NCBI GenBank assembly: GCA_965200315.1
Contig: OZ241362.1
Coordinates: forward strand, 4,544,001-4,608,000
Direction: 5' to 3'
Origin: Candidatus Latescibacterota bacterium
GTDB lineage: Bacteria; Latescibacterota; UBA2968; UBA8231
Length of the DNA stretch: 64,000 nucleotides
The position numbers and the translations under genes are program-made. Under the pieces are notes generated by a model. The model saw only the letters and a program-made list of their open reading frames with translations, was not told where the DNA came from and searched no databases. Below are positions 58,979 to 64,000 of the stretch, piece by piece. Positions within the stretch are counted from its first letter, which is position 1, and each line of letters opens with the position of its first letter.

Positions 58979-61093
58979 TTGACCGTTACGGCCGTCTGCG
59001 GTTTACGCGCCGCGTTCTACGAACAATTGCACTGCCGCTACCAGCGCCGCGAGTTCGATAACTGGCAGGTCTGGGGTGGCAACGCGACCATTGAAATCGA
59101 CGGTCGGGTTTGCGGGCCGCCCCTCGCTAGGGCCTATATCGAACCCGGCAAGACAGCGGCTCGCGCTCAGGTGCGCTGCGAACTTTTCGTCGCGGCGATT
59201 GATCTGCACCAAGTCCAGCCGGGAGATGTGGATGCGCGGCTGTGGACCGATGCTAGCGGAGCCAATGATTACGTGGAGATGCGGCTGCTTGTCGATGAAG
59301 AAGGCGTTCCCGTCCTCGCCGGCAACAATCTCGTCTTTGAGTCGGAGGCTTTCGCGTTTGAGCGCACCGGCACCTTTAGCTGCGCAGTGGAGTTTTCCGC
59401 CGATAGCTACGCCGAGGCCGGGCGCAAGGAGTGGATCAGCCTCAACGATCTGGCCGAAAACCGCGACGAGGTCGTCGTCGTTAGCCCGGAGTGGGTGCGC
59501 AAGGGGCCGACGATCGTCGAGGTGTGCGCTCGCAAGGTCGGTGCCGAAGTCAAGGGAGGCCGCTTCTGTTCGGGCCGGCTCGTCGAACTGACGCGGCGCT
59601 TAGAGGACATGCCGGCCGACGTGATCTATCTGCTGCCCTTCTTCCGCCCGGGTTTTGCCGATCTGCACACCGGCGCGGATGTGCGCAAGGGTGCGCTCGG
59701 CAGCGTCTATGCGGTACAGGATTTTTTCCAAGTTGATCCCGAACTGGTTTCGCCGACCGAGGAAGTGGATTGGGAGGCGCTGGTAGCGGAAGGTTTCGTG
59801 CTCCCAAGCGAGATGAAAGGTCTCGCCGGATTGTCGGCGGCTCAAGTGGAAAAGGCACTCGGCCGAGACGCCTTCGTCCAGCTCGTCGGTCGCGCTGAGT
59901 TGCGCTCTCTCACCCGGCGGGCGCACGCCCTCGGCAAGAAGGTCATCTTCGACTTGGTCCTGATGCAGAGCAGCCGCGACTGTCCGCTGATCGCCGAGCA
60001 TCCCGAGTGGTATCTGCGCGACGAGCGCGGGGTGCCGCAAATCCATCAGATCGCCTGGCTGGTCTATTCGGACGTGGCGCTCTTCGACTTGGTTTACAAT
60101 CGGCCGTTACAAGAGTACTTACTGGAGATTGCCCCATATTGGATCGAGCAATGCGGGTTCGACGGAGTGCGGATCGACGCCAGCCAGACCATCGACCGCC
60201 CCTTCCTCAAAAAGCTCAAGAACCGCATTCAAGCTGCCGCGCCCGAGGCGTTGGTGTTGGGCGAGACGCTGTGCCCGCTGACCGAAGCAGTGGATGTCCC
60301 GGCAGATATGATCTACGCGCTCTTAGTTGACTATCACCGCGACGGCGAGCACGCCCAACCCCTCATCGATTTCCTAGAGGAGATGCATCGCACTTTCGCG
60401 CCCGGTACCGTGGCCATGGCCTACTTTGAAAACCACGACAGCCCACGCGCCACCCAAGTGTGGCACGAACGGTTTCGGGAGCTCTTGCAGTGCGACGAGC
60501 AGGCGCGGGACTACTGGCAGGGTCTCACCTGTCCCATCCAGCGAGGAGACCGGGCGTTGCTGATGGCATTGCTCAAGAACCTACAAGCCGCCTTGATCGA
60601 CTGTTCGGCTGGCTCGGCCTCTAAGTGCAATTTGACGCGGGGCTTGGAACTGGGCAGCGAGTGGGGCGAGGAAACGCGCACTGACTTTGAAAACGAAACC
60701 CTCTTGCACTCCGACTGGGCCGAGCGGGAGCCGCACGCCAGCCTAGCGAGGGCTTACGAGCGTCTCTTCGCCCGGCAAAAGGAATGGCCGGAATTTTGCG
60801 ACGGAGAGGTGTACTTCCATCGCAACGAATTCGCCGGCGGCGACCCGGACGACCGCATTCTGGCGTACGTGCGCTATGCTGAGCGGAGTGCGCTTTTAGT
60901 GATACACAACTTCGATCCGCTCACCGTGCGGCGAGCCTCCTACCGCTTCGATTACCTGTCGCAGCCGCCCACATCCCGCCAAAAGTGCTTCGACACGTAC
61001 GAAGCCTTTGCTATTGAGGCCATACCCGCCAACGGCGAGAGCTCGGAGGTCATCCTCATGCCGTTGCAGACGCAGGTGTGGCGACTTTACTGA
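58979..61093 (+). CDS. Alpha-amylase (GH13) family glycoside hydrolase-like protein
   Basis: IYLLPF, GSVYAVQDF, VIFDLV, FDGVRIDAS, LGE, ENHD. Confidence 0.8.
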   Translation: MTVTAVCGLRAAFYEQLHCRYQRREFDNWQVWGGNATIEIDGRVCGPPLARAYIEPGKTAARAQVRCELFVAAIDLHQVQPGDVDARLWTDASGANDYVEMRLLVDEEGVPVLAGNNLVFESEAFAFERTGTFSCAVEFSADSYAEAGRKEWISLNDLAENRDEVVVVSPEWVRKGPTIVEVCARKVGAEVKGGRFCSGRLVELTRRLEDMPADVIYLLPFFRPGFADLHTGADVRKGALGSVYAVQDFFQVDPELVSPTEEVDWEALVAEGFVLPSEMKGLAGLSAAQVEKALGRDAFVQLVGRAELRSLTRRAHALGKKVIFDLVLMQSSRDCPLIAEHPEWYLRDERGVPQIHQIAWLVYSDVALFDLVYNRPLQEYLLEIAPYWIEQCGFDGVRIDASQTIDRPFLKKLKNRIQAAAPEALVLGETLCPLTEAVDVPADMIYALLVDYHRDGEHAQPLIDFLEEMHRTFAPGTVAMAYFENHDSPRATQVWHERFRELLQCDEQARDYWQGLTCPIQRGDRALLMALLKNLQAALIDCSAGSASKCNLTRGLELGSEWGEETRTDFENETLLHSDWAEREPHASLARAYERLFARQKEWPEFCDGEVYFHRNEFAGGDPDDRILAYVRYAERSALLVIHNFDPLTVRRASYRFDYLSQPPTSRQKCFDTYEAFAIEAIPANGESSEVILMPLQTQVWRLY

Positions 61094-61116
61094 ACCTAAA
61101 CAAGAGGAGTACGAAC

Positions 61117-61923
61117 ATGGCAAAAATAGGCGCAATTCACTACAACTGGCCCGGCTGCGACTTAGAGGGCTTCGCTCGGCGGGCCAGCGAAATCGGCTAT
61201 CGGTACTGCGAGTTGCAGATCCGCGATATCTGGGATGGCGAGTCTAAAAACGGCGAGCAGACAGCCGAAGCCACACGCGAGTTATTGGCCAAATACGGAA
61301 TGCAAGCCTCGGCGGTAGCGGCTGGCAACGACTTCCTGCAAGCCGACCGCCGCGACTTGGACGCGCAAATCGAGCGCTACCGCTACGTCTGCCAGATCAT
61401 CCCCATAACCGGCACGGACATCGTGCGCTCGGACGGCGGCTGGAACCGCAACGACGTCGTCCCAGAAGACCAGTGGGACGCCATGATGTTAGAGGCCTTC
61501 AAGCGCTGCGCCGATTTTCTCGAAGAGTACGAAGTGCGAATCGCCCTCGACAATCACGGGGTTTCCACCAACGACGGCGACTGGCAGTTAAGCCTGATCG
61601 AGCGCGTTGGCTCGGGCCGACTCGGCGTCAACTTAGATACCATGAACTACCGCTGGTTCGGACACGAACTAGACCGAATCGACCACTTCTATGAAATACT
61701 GGCTCCGCACGTTTTTCATACCCACATAAAGGACGGAACCGGCTCGCGGCAAAACTACAAGGGGGCGGCCTTGGGCGAGGGAGAAATCCATCTCGACCAC
61801 GCGGTTAAGTGCCTCAAAGCGGCTGGCTACGACGGGGCTTGGACGGCTGAATACGAGGGGCCGGAGACCGAGGGGCAGGTGGGATACGAAAAGTGCTATC
61901 AGTGGCTGGTAGCGAACGTCTGA
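61117..61923 (+). CDS. Sugar phosphate isomerase/epimerase (xylose isomerase-like TIM barrel)
   Basis: ALDNHG, NLDTMN, HTHIKD, LGEG, AEYEG; gaggag RBS. Confidence 0.85.
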   Translation: MAKIGAIHYNWPGCDLEGFARRASEIGYRYCELQIRDIWDGESKNGEQTAEATRELLAKYGMQASAVAAGNDFLQADRRDLDAQIERYRYVCQIIPITGTDIVRSDGGWNRNDVVPEDQWDAMMLEAFKRCADFLEEYEVRIALDNHGVSTNDGDWQLSLIERVGSGRLGVNLDTMNYRWFGHELDRIDHFYEILAPHVFHTHIKDGTGSRQNYKGAALGEGEIHLDHAVKCLKAAGYDGAWTAEYEGPETEGQVGYEKCYQWLVANV

Positions 61924-61973
61924 TCCTCGTTCTACACGAGGCCCGACTCATTGGCAGGATGGGTCCTTCAAAA

Positions 61974-62600
61974 TCATGTCGGTGATTCTCTTCCTGCCAA
62001 TTTTTGCCATGCGGTTCGCACCGCTCGATAGCTTTCCCGCGTATCCACATCCACGAAGATGCCCTCGTCTTCGACAGGTACTTCAATGACATTGGCTGCG
62101 TTTTTTGCCAAGACCGATCGCGCTCCCCGATCGCCAGTCAACGCGAGCAAGGCATTTCGATGAGTGCTGCCGATAGCTACCGGATGGCCGCGTCGCCCGT
62201 TGCTCACTGGCACGGCGATGGTCTCGCTGCTTTGCAACGCCTCGGCGACCTTTAGCATCGTCTCACTTGCCATCTGCGGCATATCCCCTAGCGCAAAGAG
62301 ATATCCTTGCTCGCCGACTGCCGCTTCCACACCCACTCTGATAGAGGCGGCCATTCCCTCGGCAAAATCGGGGTTGTGTACCAGCCGCACGGGATAGTGG
62401 CTCAACGCTTCCTCTACCTCTGCCCGCTGATACCCTGTCACTACGATTACCTCCCCCAAACCCACCTCGCATATTCGCTCTACCACAACTTGGAGGACGC
62501 ATTGCTGCTGCCAAGGCAGCAGCAACTTATTGGCACCCTCCATCCTAGAGGAACTTCCCGCCGCTAGTAAGATTCCGCTAAGGTTTGCGAATCTGGTCAT
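61974..62600 (-). CDS. mocA: Molybdenum cofactor cytidylyltransferase-like nucleotidyltransferase
   Basis: LAAGSSSRM..KLLL, GMAASI, LGDMP, GHPV, GDRGAR, DVDT; divergent from cox genes. Confidence 0.8.
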   Translation of the reverse strand: MTRFANLSGILLAAGSSSRMEGANKLLLPWQQQCVLQVVVERICEVGLGEVIVVTGYQRAEVEEALSHYPVRLVHNPDFAEGMAASIRVGVEAAVGEQGYLFALGDMPQMASETMLKVAEALQSSETIAVPVSNGRRGHPVAIGSTHRNALLALTGDRGARSVLAKNAANVIEVPVEDEGIFVDVDTRESYRAVRTAWQKLAGRESPT

Positions 62601-62635
62601 CTCAATCCGTTGCTCCGCCGCGTTGGCTTATTTGA

Positions 62636-62665
62636 TTGACAAAGACAGGCAAAATTTTTTAATAT
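62636..62665 (+). promoter_or_regulatory. Putative sigma70 promoter of the coxG-S-L cluster
   Basis: TTGACA-18 nt-TAATAT, ~48 nt before the coxG ATG. Confidence 0.4.
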
Positions 62666-62712
62666 CCACCTCCGCGCCACTCGCTTCTGGCCTTTAACAA
62701 AAGCATCGGCCC

Positions 62713-63147
62713 ATGCAGCTTTCAGGCTCTCATACCTTTAGCGCTCCGCGGCAAGTCATGTGGGACTTGCTCAACGACCCCGAGGTCTTGGCGCGCATCA
62801 CCCCCGGCGTCGATACCTTGGAGCAGACCGGCCCCGGCCAGTACCAAGCCGTGCTGCACATCAAAATGGGGCCGATCAACAGTACCTTCAACGGTGCGCT
62901 CCAAGTCGTCGATAGCAAGGAGCCGGAAAGCTATCGCCTGCTCATCAATGTCGATGGCAAGATCGGCCAGATCGCGGCCGAGGGCCGCGTCCAGCTCGCC
63001 GAGCAAGGCGATGAGACCACGGTGGCCGTCGAAGGTGGCTCGCAGTTGACGGGCCGCTTGGCGAGCATGGGCCAGCGCCTGCTGTCGGGTGTGGCGCGGA
63101 TGTTTACCAATCAGTTTTTCAAGGCGCTGGAACGCGAGATACCTTAA
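62713..63147 (+). CDS. coxG: CoxG / SRPBCC family protein
   Basis: WDLLNDPEVL..PG, GRLASMGQRL..FF. Confidence 0.85.
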   Translation: MQLSGSHTFSAPRQVMWDLLNDPEVLARITPGVDTLEQTGPGQYQAVLHIKMGPINSTFNGALQVVDSKEPESYRLLINVDGKIGQIAAEGRVQLAEQGDETTVAVEGGSQLTGRLASMGQRLLSGVARMFTNQFFKALEREIP

Positions 63148-63156
63148 TTCCATTAT

Positions 63157-63227
63157 CAGCGGTCAGTGGTCTATCTCTTCCCTGCCGACCCGAGAGACTG
63201 AACACTGGCCACTGGCCACTAACCACT
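63157..63227. repeat. Inverted pair of heptamer tandem repeats
   Basis: cagcggtcagtggtc ... actgaac actggcc actggcc actaacc act. Confidence 0.6.
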
Positions 63228-63242
63228 CGAGAGGAGGCGACT

Positions 63243-63707
63243 ATGGCAGTAGCGATTAAGGTCACGGTCAACGGCCAGACCCACGAGCACGAGGTGGAGC
63301 CGCGCCAGATGCTCGTCAGCTATTTGCGCGAAGAGTTGGGGCTGACGGGTACGCACATCGGCTGCGACACCAGCAACTGCGGTGCCTGTACCGCTATCGT
63401 TGATGGCCAAGCCGTCAAGGTCTGCACCATGCTCGCGGCTCAAGCTGACGGCGCGGAGATAACGACCATCGAAGGGCTTGCGCCCAACGATGCACTGCAC
63501 CCGTTGCAGGAAGCCTTCCGCGAGACCCACGGCTTGCAGTGCGGTTTTTGCACGCCCGGCATGATTATGGCCGCTTGGCAGTTGCTAGAGCGCAACGCAA
63601 GCCCCAGCGACTCGGAGGTTCGCCACGCGCTCGAAGGCAACTTTTGCCGCTGCACGGGCTACGACAACATCATCAAGGCGGTCCAACGCGCCGCCGAGAG
63701 CGCCTAG
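63243..63707 (+). CDS. coxS: [2Fe-2S] small subunit of CO dehydrogenase/xanthine dehydrogenase family
   Basis: [25 protein letters not shown]. Confidence 0.92.
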   Translation: MAVAIKVTVNGQTHEHEVEPRQMLVSYLREELGLTGTHIGCDTSNCGACTAIVDGQAVKVCTMLAAQADGAEITTIEGLAPNDALHPLQEAFRETHGLQCGFCTPGMIMAAWQLLERNASPSDSEVRHALEGNFCRCTGYDNIIKAVQRAAESA

Positions 63708-63716
63708 GAGGCCGCT

Positions 63717-64000
63717 ATGGGAGTCATAGGACAATCCGTCAAGCGCGTCGAAGACCAGCGCTTTATCACCGGCAAGGGCCGCTACACCGATGACATTGCC
63801 CTGCCCAACACGACTTTTGCGGCACTCGTGCGCAGCCCGCATGCCCACGCCGCGATCAAAGCGGTGGACACCGCAGAGGCCGCCTCGGCCCCTGGGGTGG
63901 TCGCCGTCTTTACGGGTGCCGACCTCGAAGCCGCGGGCGTCGGTGGCCTGCCTTGCGGCTGGCAGGTGGATTTCAAAAACGGCGACACCATGAAGGAGCC
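63717..64000 (+). CDS. coxL: CoxL-like molybdopterin large subunit (5' part, runs off window)
   Basis: [38 protein letters not shown]; active site not visible. Confidence 0.8.
   Translation, partial: MGVIGQSVKRVEDQRFITGKGRYTDDIALPNTTFAALVRSPHAHAAIKAVDTAEAASAPGVVAVFTGADLEAAGVGGLPCGWQVDFKNGDTMKE

Noticed and set aside
1-64000. Many long overlapping alternative-frame ORFs; tRNA/rRNA genes
   Set aside because: Alternative ORFs are GC-rich shadows of well-supported genes; no tRNA cloverleaf or rRNA-like segment recognised

Overview
GC-rich bacterial chromosomal window, mostly catabolic and housekeeping genes: sulfatases, three PhyH-type dioxygenases, Gfo/Idh/MocA and aldo-keto reductases, molybdo-hydroxylase subunits, trxB, rsmA, glmM and msrA. 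It also encodes secreted proteins with FlgD-Ig/T9SS-like C-termini. This content resembles Latescibacterota/Gemmatimonadota-type host-associated MAGs (inference only). No rRNA or tRNA was seen. Main highlights: (1) a secreted selenoprotein split in the ORF track (39977-41116: signal peptide, redoxin domain with in-frame UGA in a UxxC motif followed by a SECIS-like hairpin, acidic repeat stalk, C-terminal sorting domain), clustered with a DUF6029-like outer-membrane protein carrying a C-terminal Cys pair and a TlpA thioredoxin, a candidate cell-envelope redox relay; (2) a 1843-bp IS1595-family element with perfect 23-bp TIRs that carries a half-size HsdS gene and an orphan ORF and splits a DNA methyltransferase; (3) a collapsed type I-E CRISPR-Cas locus fused to a Schlafen/AlbA_2-HATPase gene bracketed by a conserved ~135-bp structured non-coding direct repeat; (4) about ten loci where an N-terminus is joined directly to a far C-terminus, with both restriction endonucleases, Cas3/CRISPR and a HicBA pair inactivated. 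All family calls come from motif recognition by eye; no database searches were run.
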